A stretch of 58,792 nt of DNA from Chiloscyllium plagiosum (GCF_004010195.1 NC_057719.1:75532866-75591657); one strand, 5' to 3'; positions 25,125 through 38,735 are shown, counted from the first letter of the stretch. The notes: generated by a model from the sequence alone, not told the origin. Numbers and translations: made by a program.

Positions 25125-26195
25125 AACCCTGATGAAACTGATTGAGCTTTTGCCAAGTTGACTGCAGGACTGAACAGGGATGTCTGCCGATACTGTTTGT
25201 CTTGCTGTTCGGAAGTCATTCAGTAAGGACCTTCACAAATGAACCTTAGCTGAAGTTGAAGCTGATGAAGTTGAAAGCAGATAATTGGTTGGATTAGGAA
25301 TTTCACTGAGTGGCAGGATAAAGAGAGTGGAGGTCATTATTAAATATTCTAGCTGGCAATATGTAACTAGTGGCGTCCTGCGGAAATCTGTGTTGGAACC
25401 TCAATTATTCACCCTACCTATTTAAGTCTTATGGGATGGGATAGATAGTCCCAAGTTTGCAAATGACAAATATAAGTGGTACTGGAAATAGTCAAGATGG
25501 AAGTTTAAAGTTACAAAGATATTAATAGATTAAATGTATGGACAAAAACTATGGGAAATCAATTTCAATGGAGACAAGTATAAGAAAATTCACCTTGGAC
25601 CAGAAAAGGATAAAATAGAGAATTTTTAAAAATTGCATAAAGCTAGAAAAAGAGACGTTGGGACCCCAGTACACAGATTGTTACAATATGGACCGGCACA
25701 GAAAAAAGTAACTAGTGCTGTTTTGGCCTTTACATCCTAAGGACATGAATGATATGTTCAGTTGTCTTCATCATACTTTTGCAAGAATATATTGATCTTG
25801 TTGTGAGTGTGATGTAGAATATTACCTGAACTTCAAGAAGTAAGTTATAAAGAAATGTTGTATGAGCAAGTATTGTATTCTCTGGAATTTAGCAAGTTAA
25901 GGTGTGAATGTGTGTTCAGGATATTAAGGGGCACTGATGGAGTAGATATTGAGGAACTGTTTCCACTGCTTGGGAATAGGAAACATAGAAAATGGGGTAA
26001 TGTTTGAAACTCCCTTCTTGCAAATTGCAATTGATACTTGATGAATTGTTAATTGTACGTTTTGAGAGTGATAGATTTTTGTTATCTGTAAGTTTTGAGG
26101 ATTATGGGACCATAGCAAACAGATCAAGTTAGATCACAGATCAGACATGATCTGATTGAAGGATGGGCCAGCCATGGATTCTTATCTTCCTATGA
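25125..26195 (+). mobile_element. CR1 RT remnant, highly decayed (upstream part about 24220-24420)
   Basis: actagtggcgtcctgcggaaatctgtgttggaacctc (SGVPQGSVLGP), aagtttgcaaatgac (KFADD). Confidence 0.65.
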
Positions 26196-27239
26196 AATTC
26201 AGCTGTGATATAATGGAATGCTATAATATTTTGGACTTTCATGTGTTACACTCTGTTCACCTTTGTTCAGTGATAGTTAACAAATGTACTGAGTTCCTCC
26301 AGTGACAGTTTATAAACCGATTGTCTAGTGTAGAACTGGGTTATACATCTCTAATCGAATCTATCACCTTTAGAAAGGGAGGGTTTAGTTGCTACAAATG
26401 TTTGAGGGAACAGACTACGTTATATTTGCTACTAATTCCAATTTGGCATTTTGAGTAAATGGACATTAATTGAGGACCAGGTCAATTCAAATTTAATGTT
26501 TATTTTCCCCAATGCTAGTGAGCATCTTGCCATGTACATGAAGGATGGGTTGCTTGGGCAAGGGGACTAGATGGCTGCCAGAGTATATAGAACCAAAATT
26601 CAGAATAGTCATCACAGCAATGGCCTGAAGAAAATACTGCACTGAAAATTTGATCTGGGAAATTCAAATACCATTGCCCGTTATTGCTTAAAACTCAAAA
26701 AGTAACAAGTGCTGTGACATGACATACATCTTTAAGGGAGCATGTCTTAGACAACTGTCAATCATTATCACCTCAACAGGATATGACATATTAGTTCCTT
26801 GACATATTAATTCAGACTTAAAAGCAGTCTGATTCAACAATGATAGAGATTAGGGGTATTCTACTTAGCTCCTAGTAAACATTACCTGTATACGTTCTTA
26901 AAATAAGGAACACATTATTCTGTCACCAATTCTTATGCATGATTTGTACATTGAGAACTTAACAATATAATGTTATTACAATACATTAATAGTAGATGTA
27001 ACTGAGGTTAATTTCATTACAATTTATCCATCCATAGACACTTAGAGATTCATCCATCTTTACAGCACCTTCCATGTGGATAAGGGAGAGAGACAGACAC
27101 AGTCCCTTTGTGTCTTGTCATTTTCTGCCCACAAACACAGTGTTGAAATAACTGAGGTGTGTTTCCCAAATCCGTTTTGCATTAAGTCAGTTTTTAGGAG
27201 ATTGGCTGCAGATTCTCTTTTATATTTAAACCCAGAGTT

Positions 27240-27285
27240 TTCTCTCTCTCTCTCTCTCGCTCTCTCTCACACACACACACACACA
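27240..27285. repeat. (CT)n(CA)n microsatellite
   Basis: Seen directly in the sequence. Confidence 0.9.
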
Positions 27286-27329
27286 AACAGAAAAGATCTA
27301 GGAAAAGAAAGAAGTTTCAAGTATGAGAA

Positions 27330-27630
27330 TTTATTCATGGGATGAGGCCAACATTGATTGTCTATTCCTAATTGCCCAGAGGGCAATCATATCGCTGTGG
27401 GTCTGGAGTCACATGTAGGCCAGACCAGGTAAGAATGGCAGTTTCCTTCCCTGAAGGACATTAGTGATCCAAGTGGTTTGTTTCAACAATTGACAATGGT
27501 CATCATTACATGCTTTGATTCCAAATTTTTATTGAATTCAAATCCTACCATCTGCCATGGAGGGATTAGAACCCCGGTCCCCAGAACGTTACCTGGGCTC
27601 TGGATTAAACCACTAAGCCATCATCTCCCT
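27330..27630 (-). mobile_element. tRNA-derived SINE family 2
   Basis: gtgggtctggagtcacatgtaggccagaccaggtaag, the reverse complement of the family core. Confidence 0.8.
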
Positions 27631-28394
27631 ATATATTAAATCTAAGTAGTATAGTTATTGTTTCACAATCAAAGTCCAGATGGCCAGAGTTAAGACTTGT
27701 AGAATTCCTTAAGTGTTGAAGCTGACATTAGCAGTAGCAAATTGATTCCAGTAGCAAAGATCTCAAAAATTCTAAAATTATCCCATTCAGTTATGTGATA
27801 CTGGCCATGTGTAGCCAACAATGAGAGCCAACTATTCATACTAATGTGAACACAAGAGCATGATCCTGGTCAGATCCATCAAAATCCTCAGGAGATGAAT
27901 AGTTGTTGTTAGCACCTCTGTAGGCACCATGACCTTAGAGATGTTACTTATATTATTGGGCCAGGTTCCAGACCAGAGCACTCCTTGATCCAGTGTTTTC
28001 ATAATAATTATTCCACAAAGATGGTGAGTCTAGCCTTTTTCCTCTGCTGTCCACTGCTTCCAAAGCTTTGACTAATTGTGAGTCATGTGATCTGTAGTGA
28101 CCATTTTTGAAGTGCGACAAAATGAATTTTTAAACAAAAGCCAAGTACAGTTTTTAACCATTTATATTTAACCATTTATGACCAAAAGTTCTGGGTAGAA
28201 ATTGCACACAGATTGTTGATGAGACAGTTTCAACTGAGGCATTCAAGAAGAAACTGAGATGATGTTTTCAATTAAAGAGTTATGGGGAATACAGGCATGA
28301 GTTGGCACTAAGTCAAAATGTACAGAGAGCAGACACTGTGGGCTGAATGACCTCCTATACCATAACAATTCTGTGAAATTGGAATCACTGCCTT

Positions 28395-29005
28395 TAGACC
28401 ATAAGGCCATAAGATATAGGAGCAGAAGTTAGGCCATTCAGCCCATCGGATCTGTTCTGCCATTCAATCATAGCTGACAAATTTCTCCCACTTTCTCCCT
28501 GTAACCCTTGAACTCCTTGACAATCAAGAACCTATCTAACACACTCTTAAATGCACTCTATGACCAGGTCTCTACATTCTTCTGTGACAATGAATTCCAT
28601 AGATTCACCACTCTCTGGCTGAAGAATTTTCTCTTTATCTCCATTCTAAAAGGTCTTCTCTTTACTCTATTCTAAGGCTGTGCGCTCAGGTCCTAGTCTC
28701 TCCTACCAATGGAAACAGCTTCCCAACATCCACTCTGTCCAGGCCATTCCGTATTCTGTAAACTTCAATTAGATCCCCCTCATCCTTCTAAACTCCATCG
28801 AGTATAGACCCAGAGTCCTCAAACATTCCTCACATGTTAAGCTTTTCATTCCTGGGACCGTTCTCGCGAACCTCCTCTGAACACACTCCGGGGCCAATAC
28901 ATCCATCCTGAGATATGGGGCCCAAAACTGCACACAATACTCCAAATGTGGTCTGACCAGAGCCTTATAGAGCCTCAGACATACATTTATAGAGCCTCAG
29001 AAGTA
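28395..29005 (-). mobile_element. CR1 3' fragment
   Basis: aggagcagaagttaggccattcagccc tail; aaactgcacacaatactccaaatgtggtctgacc (reverse complement of VRPHLEYCVQF). Confidence 0.85.
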
Positions 29006-29009
29006 CAGG

Positions 29010-29290
29010 CTGAGATGTTAAACTCACAGGTAGATGTAAATGAAGTCTGTCACTATTTAAGCAAGAATTGTGAAGCTCTTCTTGGTGTCTGATCCAAATC
29101 TGAACCAATATCTCTTTAATCATAACCACATTGAGGTTTGTGGGATGTTTCTGTATACAAATTGACACCCACATTTCCTCCAACTCATCAGTCACTGCAG
29201 TTCAACAGTACATCAATGCTGTAAAATATTTTAAGATACACTTTTGATATGAAAGGTGTGGCACAAATGTAAGCTTTTCCTTTCTTTTAT
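29010..29290 (+). mobile_element. Deu-domain SINE, decayed
   Basis: cactatttaagcaaga, cacattgaggtttgtgggatg, caaattgac.cc.catttcct; tail gaaaggtgtggcacaaatgtaag. Confidence 0.55.
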
Positions 29291-30419
29291 TCACTTTGGA
29301 GCTTTACGGCCTCTGTAAATTCTCTCATCTGCTTTCCAGTTTGAAAAATTTACAGTTTCTGATGATTCAATGATTAATTCTCGGACACTATGCTTCTTGA
29401 GATCAGACTGTTCCTTTGCATCCGGTCAATAGTTTTATATTCTAGTCGGGTCATAATAGGGTCTCCCTAAGGCCAGTGAAAGCCACGTTGTGTTCTACTG
29501 AGGTATTTATAATAACCAGGGCTTCTACTGGATACAGGATTCCACTCTCACAGTTACTTGCAGCAACTCACATTTTAAAGCATTAAAAACTGGATTCTCT
29601 TGCAAACCTGATGATAGTCTCAATGTTGAGCAGTCCAGAAAGCTTTAAAAAGCTGCTGCATTGCAGGGAAAATACCTGCATTAAAGTAAAACCCTGTCAG
29701 CCTGTGGCAAACACGATGATCGCAGGCTGTCTGATTTAGTAAGTAGTCCAACTGACAATATGCAAGATTCAATATCTGCAAAAAAATTACTAATATGTTG
29801 TGCACGTCAAAATATTTGAGTGCTCCCTTCTGGTACTATGTGAGAAGGAAGATATAAGCTGCTGAAGTTCAAAGACCAAAATCTGGGCAAAATGCTGGGT
29901 TCCAGCTCCAAGGATCAAATGCTTTGATGTTGGGGAATACCTACATACATGTTGCATTGTTGTTCCCTGAAACATCACAAGGCCTGGAGAATGTAACGCG
30001 TATTATACATGGTGCATTTAAAAGCATGTTTCTGTCTGCATTTGAATGGTATTACATGTGAGGTCACCCCATTCTGCCTGAGTTACATTGGAAACGGCTT
30101 CATTACAACTGAGCTCATCACCACAATCCCAGAATCATTCAGACCTGGTGTCTTTGTTCCCCAAGTGTCAACCTTAGCTCAGTGATTCTGCACTGGATGA
30201 TCAGTATTAGTCTGACAAGGCTGCTGTTTGTGGATACCTGGTAGAGATGAAAAAGTAGGGCCAGGAATGCACAATGGTAGATCAGTAGTTGGTGATTGAT
30301 CAGAATGTCAGATGTTTCATTTTTCTCCCTCTCAGTCATATTGAAGTCATATTGAACTACACGGAATTTGTAGTTCATAAGCAGTCCATTCAGCCCAGCA
30401 GTTCTGTGTCTGTATGTAT

Positions 30420-30732
30420 AAAGACATAGAAAATAGGTGCAGGTGTAGGCCCTTCGAGCCTGCCCCACCATACAATATAATCATGGCTGATCATGCAATT
30501 ACAGTATCCCATTCCTGCTTTCTCTCCATACCCCTTGATCCTTTTAGCAGCAAGAGCCACGTCAGCTCCCTCTTGAATATATCTAATGAACTGGCCCCAC
30601 CAGCTTCCTGTGGGAGAGAATTCCACAGGTTCACAACTCTCAGAGTAAAGAGATCCTTCGTCCTCTCAGTTCTAAATGGCTTACCCCTTACAGTTAGACT
30701 GTGACCCCTAGTTCTGGACTTCCCCAACATCT
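30420..30732 (-). mobile_element. CR1 3' end
   Basis: ORF 30491-30730 SRTRGHSL...RVVNLWNSLPQ. Confidence 0.85.
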
Positions 30733-30909
30733 ATGATCTGGTGGTAAACAACTCATGCCACTATTTAGGAAAGGAGGAAGAAAGAGAGAAATGGGGTATT
30801 ATAGGGGTCAGATAACCTCATGTCAGTTATGAAATCTGCCATTAGGTAGCAGGACAGTTAGAAAATGACAGCTTGATATCATTAAGCAGAGTCAATTGAC
30901 TTTATGAAA

Positions 30910-31462
30910 GGGAATAAAAACAGTGCTGGAGAAACCCAGCCTGTGTGGTGGCATCTATGGCATTTTGAGCCAAGTGTGTCTCGTCTTTGGAACCAAAAGG
31001 GAATTGGTAAAGTGATTTTTTTTAATGCTGTAGCAAACGGGAGAGGAAGAACAAGTGAAATAGATGGTCAGGGTCCCCAGATCAAAAGGAAAAGGGAGTG
31101 CTAATGGTAATAGAAGGGAGATGTAGGTGAAGAGTAATAGCAGAAAATAGGTCTGCACTTAGATCCAGTACAGAACTGTTAGTACGGGAGCAAGTGCATT
31201 AAAACCATTCTCCATCCGTGGCTGTTGTATACTACCATTAGCTCCCCTTTACCATTGCCTTAGGCACCCACATCATCTGTCCCACTTAATCCTCCATCCC
31301 CTTTTCCACAGCCTTGGAACTTCCATTCTTCCAGGCCCCTTCCATTCAGAAAAAGGGTCATTCTAGTCTCAAAACACCAATTCTGTTCCCTTCTCCATGG
31401 GTCCTGCTGAGTTCCAATTTTTGTTTCAGATCTCCAGCATTCGCAATGCCTTGTTTTTTTTT
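30910..31462. mobile_element. Decayed inverted PLE-like remnant (family C)
   Basis: Left arm aaaacagtgctggagaaacccagc; right arm ttcagaaaaagggtcattctagtctcaaaacacc...cagatctccagcattcgca. Confidence 0.45.
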
Positions 31463-31782
31463 CAAGAAAGAATAATTATGTTTACTGACTCTGTTGTAGC
31501 TTCAGAGGATGCAATGTTAGATTAGATAAGGGGGAGTCAACTAGTGGATATATTGTATTTGGATTTTCAAAAATCAATAGTAAGCTGCCACACATTTTTA
31601 GCAATCAAGGGACTCAGAGTAATACATTAGCATGGATTGAGGATTTATCAATGAACATAAAACTGAGACTAAGAATAAATGGAACATTTCTGCACAGGCA
31701 GACTGTAACTAGAGGGTTCAGGGATTGTTACTGGTGCCGTATTTACACTCTATATTAAAGACTTAAATGAGGGAATCATTTT

Positions 31783-32072
31783 AGAATCATAGTATCCCGA
31801 CAGTGTGGAAGCAGGTCATTCAACCCATCAAGTCCACATTGACCCTCCAAAGAGCATCCCACTCAGACCCACCGTATCCTTATAACCCTGCATTTCCCAT
31901 GGCTAATCCACCTAGCCTGCACATCTTTGGATGTGCAAGGAAACCGGAGCACCCAGAGGAAACCCATGTTAGTAGGGAGAATAAGCAAACTCCACACAAA
32001 TAATTGCCTGAGAGTAGAATCAAACCCAGGTCTCTAGCATTTTGAGGTAGCAATGCTAACCAATGAGTTACC
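31783..32072 (-). mobile_element. HE1-like V-SINE
   Basis: gcacatctttgga...ggaaaccggagcacccagaggaaaccca. Confidence 0.8.
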
Positions 32073-32470
32073 CCTGTTTTTTAAAGTTGAAACATAGAGG
32101 GGTCCAAGCAGAATGGATGTGACAAGGATGTTTCCTCTTGTGGAAGAATTACGAACTAAGGGCCACTGTTTAAAAATGATGCATTGGCCCTTTCAGACAG
32201 AGGTGAGGAGAATTTGTTTTTCTGGAGGTTCTGAGTCTGTGTAGCTCTCTTGCTTAAGAGATGGTGGAAATAGAGTCTTTTGAATACCTTTAAGACAGAG
32301 GTGGATAGATTCCTGGTAAGCAAGGAGGTGAAAAGTTGTGAGTGGAAATGTAGAGTTGAGGTTAACATCAAATCAGTCACGAATTTGTTAAGTGGCGAAG
32401 CAGACTTAATGGCCGAATGGTCTCCTCCGAACCTGTTTGTTGAAATATAACTGAGTATAAAAATATCCCA

Positions 32471-32566
32471 GTTCTGAAGAAAGGATCCGGATTTGAAACA
32501 TTAACTCTGCTTTCTCTCCACAGCTGCTGCCAGACTTGCCAAATTCCTCCAGTAATTTCTGTTTCT
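32471..32566 (+). mobile_element. PLE family C 3' end with decayed hammerhead core
   Basis: gttCTGAAGAaaggatccggatttGAAAcattaactctg, then ccacagctgctgccagac. Confidence 0.55.
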
Positions 32567-33849
32567 ATAACATATACGACTGTGTTGATGATATCAAGCT
32601 AGGTGACAAGTGGTGAGGAGGTCTGTGGAGTGATATAAGCAGCTTGGATGAGTGGGCAGAACTTGGCAGATAAAGTGCCAATGATGAAGTTATCCACAGT
32701 GATAGGAAAATTAATAAGAACAGAATATTTTTGAATGATGAGACAGTTGGAAATGTTTGCATGAAGTGTCCTTTTTTAGGCACACCATGCACCGAGGAAA
32801 ACACATGATATATTAGCTTTTGTGACAAAGGGATTGAAATGTGAGAATGAAAGGTCTTTCTGTAATTTTAGGAAGATACAGTAGAGGACATCGGTGAAGT
32901 CAGATCTTGAATATTCTGTACAGTTTTAGACTCTTAACCTACGGATGAGTATTCTTCACTTAAATGAGTGCAGTGAAGATTCACTAGTCTGGTTCCTATG
33001 ATGAAGGGATTGACTCTTGATGAGAGTTTGAGTAGATGAGACCTTTTTGTCCTTTGTGCTTAGAAGATTTAGAGCTAATCTAATTTAGAGCTAATCTTAA
33101 AGGGCTTAAGCAGGTTAGATGCTAAAAGTGTCTCCCCTGGCTGGGGAAACTAGTTCATAAGGTCACAATTCTAGAATAAGAGGACAGCCTTTTAGGACTG
33201 AAATTACGACAAAAATCTTCAATCAAAAGGTTGTGAAGTTTTGAAATCTTTGACCCCAGAAAGATACAGATGCTGAGGCGCTGAGTATGTTCAAAGATAG
33301 ATATTGGGTGCTCAGAGAAATAAGGGATATGTAAACAATATGGGAGTTTGAGGTTGAGGTAGAAAGCTAACTATGTTCATCTTGAATGACAGAGCAGGTT
33401 CAAAGGTCAAAGTTCCTATTTTGTATGCTATTATAACTACTTCAGTTGATGGAAAAATAACAATGGAATTCAGTTTGGAGAATATGTGAATGGCAACTAA
33501 GCATCTTCACTGAAAGCTGTCCCCCTCAGTTCTGTAAGCATTCTTGTTGACATTTGTTTGCAGTTTGATTTATTTTGTCATAACATGAGATCAGAAACTG
33601 CACTGTACTCTAACTGTGAACAAATTTAACTTAACTGCTTTTTGAATTCTCTTCTAGGAATTTGCCTGCACCGGGTGACACTTTGTGAACAGATACTGCT
33701 ACATGTAATGAATGTGAGGATGTGTAACTCTGGGTCACTATGTGTCTATATCCCATTTACACTTGTATTTTCCTCAGGGGTCAGAGGCTTTCACTCCCTG
33801 TACAATAATGTGCCATCTCTGATTTATGGCAGTTGGTAAAGTGCAAAGT

Positions 33850-34340
33850 GGTAGGAAAAGTAAAAACAGCAAATATGTTTCTTGAGTGATGAGACACTCA
33901 GAAATGCCTGTACAAAGTCTCCTTGTTTAGGTACAACATGTGCTGAGGAAGAAAGTATTAGATTTTGAGATTAGAGGGAAAGAGTGAAGACGTTTTTCTA
34001 CAATTCAAGACTTTTACAACACAGCACATTGGTGAAACCATACCTTGATTATTGTACACAGTTTTGGTCTCTGGGAGGCAGTGATGCTGTGGTGTTGTCA
34101 CTGAGATATTACCACAGAAGCCCAGCTGTTGTGATTTTAAAAAACTTATTTGACACAGCAGGTACTGAGGGTATGGAATGCTCTGCCTGGAAATGTGGTA
34201 GAAGCAGATTCATTTGAAGCGTTTCAGGTCATTGGATGATGATTTGAATAGAAATAGTATGCAGGGATATGGGGAGAAGGCGAGAGATTGGTGCTAGGTA
34301 ATAGAGCAATTGCAGAATGGCCTCCTTCTGTGGTACTAAA
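33850..34340 (+). mobile_element. CR1 remnants, decayed
   Basis: LVKPYLDYCTQFWS and a CR1 tail. Confidence 0.6.
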
Positions 34341-34750
34341 CCTGATCTAAATTTAAATCTATTTGGGAAATCAATTTCACAATTCATTTAAAGTCTACTT
34401 TCATTTTGTTGCTGTCTTGCTTTCTGGTGCCTGTAACCTCAACTTGGTGTCTTCTACACGTTTTCATGTTCTGTTTCTAATTCCTGAGCCCTAACCATTC
34501 ATGTGAACACCAGTGCCATCGCTAATATCTGTGGAACACCACTTCCCTGTCTGAGTCCAGACCTGTCTTTCTTCCAGTCTTCAACTTGACCCATGCTTAT
34601 GGGTAAAGAGCTCCAGTGATCTTGCCCCAACCTTCTACAGGATGGCTGGCCAGGAGACTCTCTCACCATTACTGCCTACTGTCAGTGTACTGGAAAGATA
34701 TAACGGATCCATTTTTGACTACTGTTCCACAAAACTTACAGTCCCAATCT

Positions 34751-35063
34751 GAGTAGCTACCTTTAAATGCCATTTTCTGATGTGTAGCCAGTTTGCGGTA
34801 TCCATCCTGCAACTCATGTCAGAGCAGTTTAGAAAAGATTTACAAGGATGTTGCCAGGGTTGGAGGATTTGAGCAATAGGGAGAAGCTGAATAGGCTGGG
34901 GCTATGTTCCCTGGAGTAGCTACCTTTAAATGCCATTTTCTGATGTGTAGCCAGTTTTGTGACTCATGTCAGAGCAGTTTAGAAAAGATTTACAAGGATG
35001 TTGCCAGGGTTGGAGGATTTGAGCAATAGGGAGAAGCTGAATAGGCTGGGGCTATGTTCCCTG
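34751..35063 (+). repeat. Tandem duplication (163 bp + 150 bp) spanning a CR1 5' junction
   Basis: gagtagctacc...gctatgttccctg at 34751-34913 and 34914-35063. Confidence 0.9.
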
Positions 35064-35438
35064 GAATGTTGGAGGTTGAGAGGTGACCTTGTAGAGATTT
35101 ATAAAATCATGAGGGTGAATAGCCAAAGTCTTTTCCCTGGGGTGGGGGAGTCCAGAACTAGGGGCATAGGTTTAAGGTGAGAGGGGAAAGATATTAAAGC
35201 GACCTGAGAAATGGTGTGTGTATGGAATGAGCTGCCAGAGGAAGTGGAGGAAGCTGGTACACTTACAACATTTAGAAGGCATCTGGATGGGTATATGAAT
35301 AGAAAGGGTTTAAAGGGATATGGGCTAGAGGGTTTAGAGTGCTGGCAAATGGGACTAGATTAATTTTGGATATTTGGTCAGCATGGATGAGTTGGACCGA
35401 AGGGTCTGTTTCCGTGCTGTACGCCTCTATGACTCTAT
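34825..35438 (+). mobile_element. CR1 3' fragment
   Basis: RFTRMLPGLEDLS, RLRGDLVEIYK, tail gaccgaagggtctgtttcc. Confidence 0.85.
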
Positions 35439-35608
35439 GTAAAATCAGTGGGTTAGTCCCTTGTAACCTTAATAAAGGCCTTTTGAACATTGCTGTAACC
35501 CTGAAGTGCAGTAGTCATTGTTAACTGTGAATCCAAAACGTGCTTTTGAAAAGCACGCTGATACAGTCGAAAATGCCTCTGATGTAAAGTTAATGGCTGT
35601 GTCAAGAC

Positions 35609-35641
<33 letters not shown>
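35609..35641. repeat. (GA)n microsatellite
   Basis: Seen directly in the sequence. Confidence 0.9.
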
Positions 35642-35647
<6 letters not shown>

Positions 35648-35789
35648 TGGATTGTGACACCAGAAATGTCAAAGAAACTGGATTGCAATCTCCTGTGATG
35701 ACAAAGATTGTGGGGGTGCTGATGGCTTCCTACTCAACTGCAAGCAATCCTCCAAATTCTAAACACATATTGTGCTTTTCACTTCATAG

Positions 35790-35846
35790 AATATCAACAA
35801 ACAGTTGTCAAAAAGCCCGTTTCAACTTTGCAGAAGTAGACTGCAG
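35790..35846 (+). other. Candidate 57-nt internal exon of an unidentified host gene
   Basis: Acceptor tgtgcttttcacttcatag, donor CAG|gtaaga, length divisible by 3, two open frames. Confidence 0.3.
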
Positions 35847-36165
35847 GTAAGAATGCTCCTGCCTGCACCATCTTGGGTTTCAGCGTTCGTGGCCTGTGAT
35901 GTTCACAGTCAAAGAACGATCCCCTGGTTACCCCTATGTTACAGGTAAAGGAAGACTCTCACTCACTGCAATGCTACAAACCAGTTAAAAGAATAACAGG
36001 ACAGTAGAGAGCCCTTTGGAGTTTTGTAGAGTGTTGGAGTTCAATCACGATTGAAAGGCATCAGAATCTCAACCCATCTGTAAAACTAAAGATCGTGAAG
36101 CTGACTGTTCAATCATCAACATTAACACTACTGGCAATCTCAATTCAGCTCATTGTGAACAATTC

Positions 36166-36700
36166 AGGGGAAGCGATGGCCTAGTGGCATTATTGCCTGA
36201 CTATTAATCCAGAAACTCAGCGAATGCTCTGTGGACCAAGGTTCAAATCCCACCATGGCAGATGGTGGAATTTGAATTCCGTTAAAAGAACTCTGGAATT
36301 AAAAATCTAATGATGACCATGAAACCATTGTTGAAATGTCAGAAAAAAACCCGTCAGGGAAGGAAATCTGCCATCCTCACCTGGTCTGGCCTACATGTGA
36401 CTCCAGATCCTTTGCCCCTGTGAAATAGCCTGGCATGCCACTCAGTTGTATCAATTGCTTTGAAATTTCAACAAAGAAACGAAACTGGCCCGACTACCCG
36501 CACTGGAAGCGACAACGGTAAAATCAGCCCTGACAAACCTATAAAGCTTTCCTTCGTCCCTCCCCATGGGCATTGTGGGTCAACCTTCAGCAGGCAGACT
36601 GCAGCAGTTCAAGAGGGCAGCTCACAACCAAGGGTAGCTAGGGGACGGGCAATAAATGCTGGCCAGCCAGTGGCACCCATGTCCCATGAGTGAATATAGA
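36166..36700 (+). mobile_element. tRNA-derived SINE family 2, long form
   Basis: A box tggcctagtgg, B box ggttcaaatccc; tail gcaataaatgctggccagccag shared with the LINE end at 49060-49175. Confidence 0.8.
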
Positions 36701-37433
36701 ACGGAAATTCAGAAATTGGTCAGTAGTTACTTGATAAACTCACAGTCACACCCATCTGTCCCTGATCATGGGTGTGACTGACACACAGTATCTCTTTCCC
36801 TGCCTGACGTGTTGCACTGCCCACACTCGGACTCCATTTCATCGCTCGGAGTGGAATGTCCGTGAGCGGCCAACACCTGTGGTCATTGTGCATCCACCAG
36901 CTCTCACAGACTCCACCTGCAACATCACAGCACTGACCCTGATGAGAAAACCTTAAAACAGAAACTGCGAAAAAGTGGAAACCAATTCAGAAGGTGGATC
37001 CGTGGCTGAAGTGACTTGTTTCTTAAATTGCTGTCTGAGGCTTGAAGTATTTGTGTCTTAATCATCCTTGTCTATCACCGCATTTCACTCTTGTGGAAAT
37101 GGAAGGCAATGTCAGTGGCTGATAAATTGATTTGTAATCAGGAAACTCACCAGGAACTTTCCGAGAAATTTCCCAAGGGTTGGAGAAGAAATGGTTGCAA
37201 TCCTGTCTCATTTCCTTGTTAAATAATGTGTTTATGGGTATTTTTAGAATACAGCAAATGCCTTTGAGGTTTGTGCAAGGAAAGGGAAAGGCTGCCCTCA
37301 ATACTCTTTCTTTTAGACTCCCGAAGACGTCTCAAGTGGGTGGACACAGTCAAGACTGTATATAATCAGGCTATTCTCAGTTAAAATCTTTCGGATGTTT
37401 ATTAACTTAAAATCTCTTGAAAGTAACTTAAAA

Positions 37434-37772
37434 GGAGTGGCACTCTGGCTCAGTGGTTAACACTGCTGCCACACAGTGCTAGGGACCCGGGTTCGATTCC
37501 AGCCTCGGGTGACTGTCTGTGAGGAGGTTGCACATTCTCCTGGTGTCTGTGTGAGTTTCCTCCAGGTGCTCTGGTTTCCCCCCAACAGTCCAAAAATGTA
37601 CAGGTTAGGTGAATTGGCCAGGCTAAATTGCCAGCAGTGTTCAGTGCATTAGTCAGGGGGAATGCAGAGAAATAAGGGAATGGATCTGGCTGGGTTACTC
37701 TTCGGAGGGTCAGTGTGGACTTGCTGGGTGGAACGGCCTGTTTCCACACTGTAGGGGTTCTAAGTTCTCTAT
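37434..37772 (+). mobile_element. HE1-like V-SINE
   Basis: ggctcagtggttaacactgctgcc...gggttcgattcc; V-domain. Confidence 0.85.
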
Positions 37773-38194
37773 GCCCTGACTTCAAAAGGCTGTAGTGATG
37801 ATCGTTATATAATTGACTCTATCTGTTAATGAATATCCAAAATAATTTAAAACATACAAGTGCCCGTGTTATGATTCAGGCTATAATTATTATGCTGTTA
37901 TTCATGAGTCATACTAATTGAACACTGTGTATGTATGCAAAAGGGCTTTATTGTCATCCAAGTTATTCTTTGTATCTCAGAAAAGCAGACAACCCTGGCT
38001 TCATGAATATATCAGGTACTAGGATGTGCAGACAACATCTTAATGAATTTGCTGCTTTCATATTTAATTACCAGGGTCTAATGTGAGACTCACACAGCTG
38101 GACCATCCAGCTCATAGAAACTGGTAAAGAAGCTGAGCGTAGAGACCAAGGCTGAATCTAGTCAGACTGGTTGCAGGGTGGAAGGTCTTGTGTA

Positions 38195-38735
38195 CCAGTG
38201 AGACATCTGGTGGAGCATCTATGCCCAGTTATGGTCACCGTGTTATAGGAAGGATATTATTCAGCTGGAGAGGGATCAGAGGAGATTTGCCAGGATGTTG
38301 CCAAGAATGGAGGGTCTCAGTTATAAGGGAAGGCTGGGTAGGCTGGGACTTGTTTCATTGGGGTGGAGGAGGTTGAGGGGTGACCTTATAGAAATTTATA
38401 AAATCATGACAGGCATGGTTAAAGGTGAATGGCTGGTATCTTTTCCAGTGGGGGATTTCAAGACTAGGAGGCATATTTTTAAGGTGAAGGATTTTAAAAA
38501 GACATTTGGGGCAATTCTTTTACACAGAGAGTGATTTGTGTGTGGAATGAACTTCCAGAGGAAGTGCTGGATGTAGGTACAGTTACAATGTTCAAAAGAC
38601 ATTGAGTTAAGTGCATGAATAAGAAATATTTGGAGAGATATGGGCGAAGCATAAGCAGGTGGGACAAGTTCAGTTTGGGATTATGTTCAGTGTGGATTGC
38701 TTGGACCAAGGGTTATGTTTTTGTGCTCTATGATT
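38195..38735 (+). mobile_element. CR1 3' fragment
   Basis: RLRGDLIEIYKIM, WNELPEEV, CR1 tail. Confidence 0.85.

Larger units (their letters stand above)
31470..33430 (+). mobile_element. Old CR1 RT remnant with nested HE1, CR1 tail and PLE fragments
   Basis: gtatttggattttcaaaa (YLDFQK), ttagcatggattgagg, gttgatgatatcaagcta (ADDTKL-like), aaaaatcttcaatcaaaaggttgtg. Confidence 0.65.

Noticed and set aside
27924..28023. 100-nt exon candidate (ctgtag...GATG|gtgagt)
   Set aside because: Weak pyrimidine tract, not a multiple of 3, peptide unrecognised; such pairs arise by chance in 59 kb.
29675..29780. Minus-strand exon candidate (ttttttgcag ... GCAG|gtattt)
   Set aside because: Weak donor, about 100 nt, no recognisable protein.
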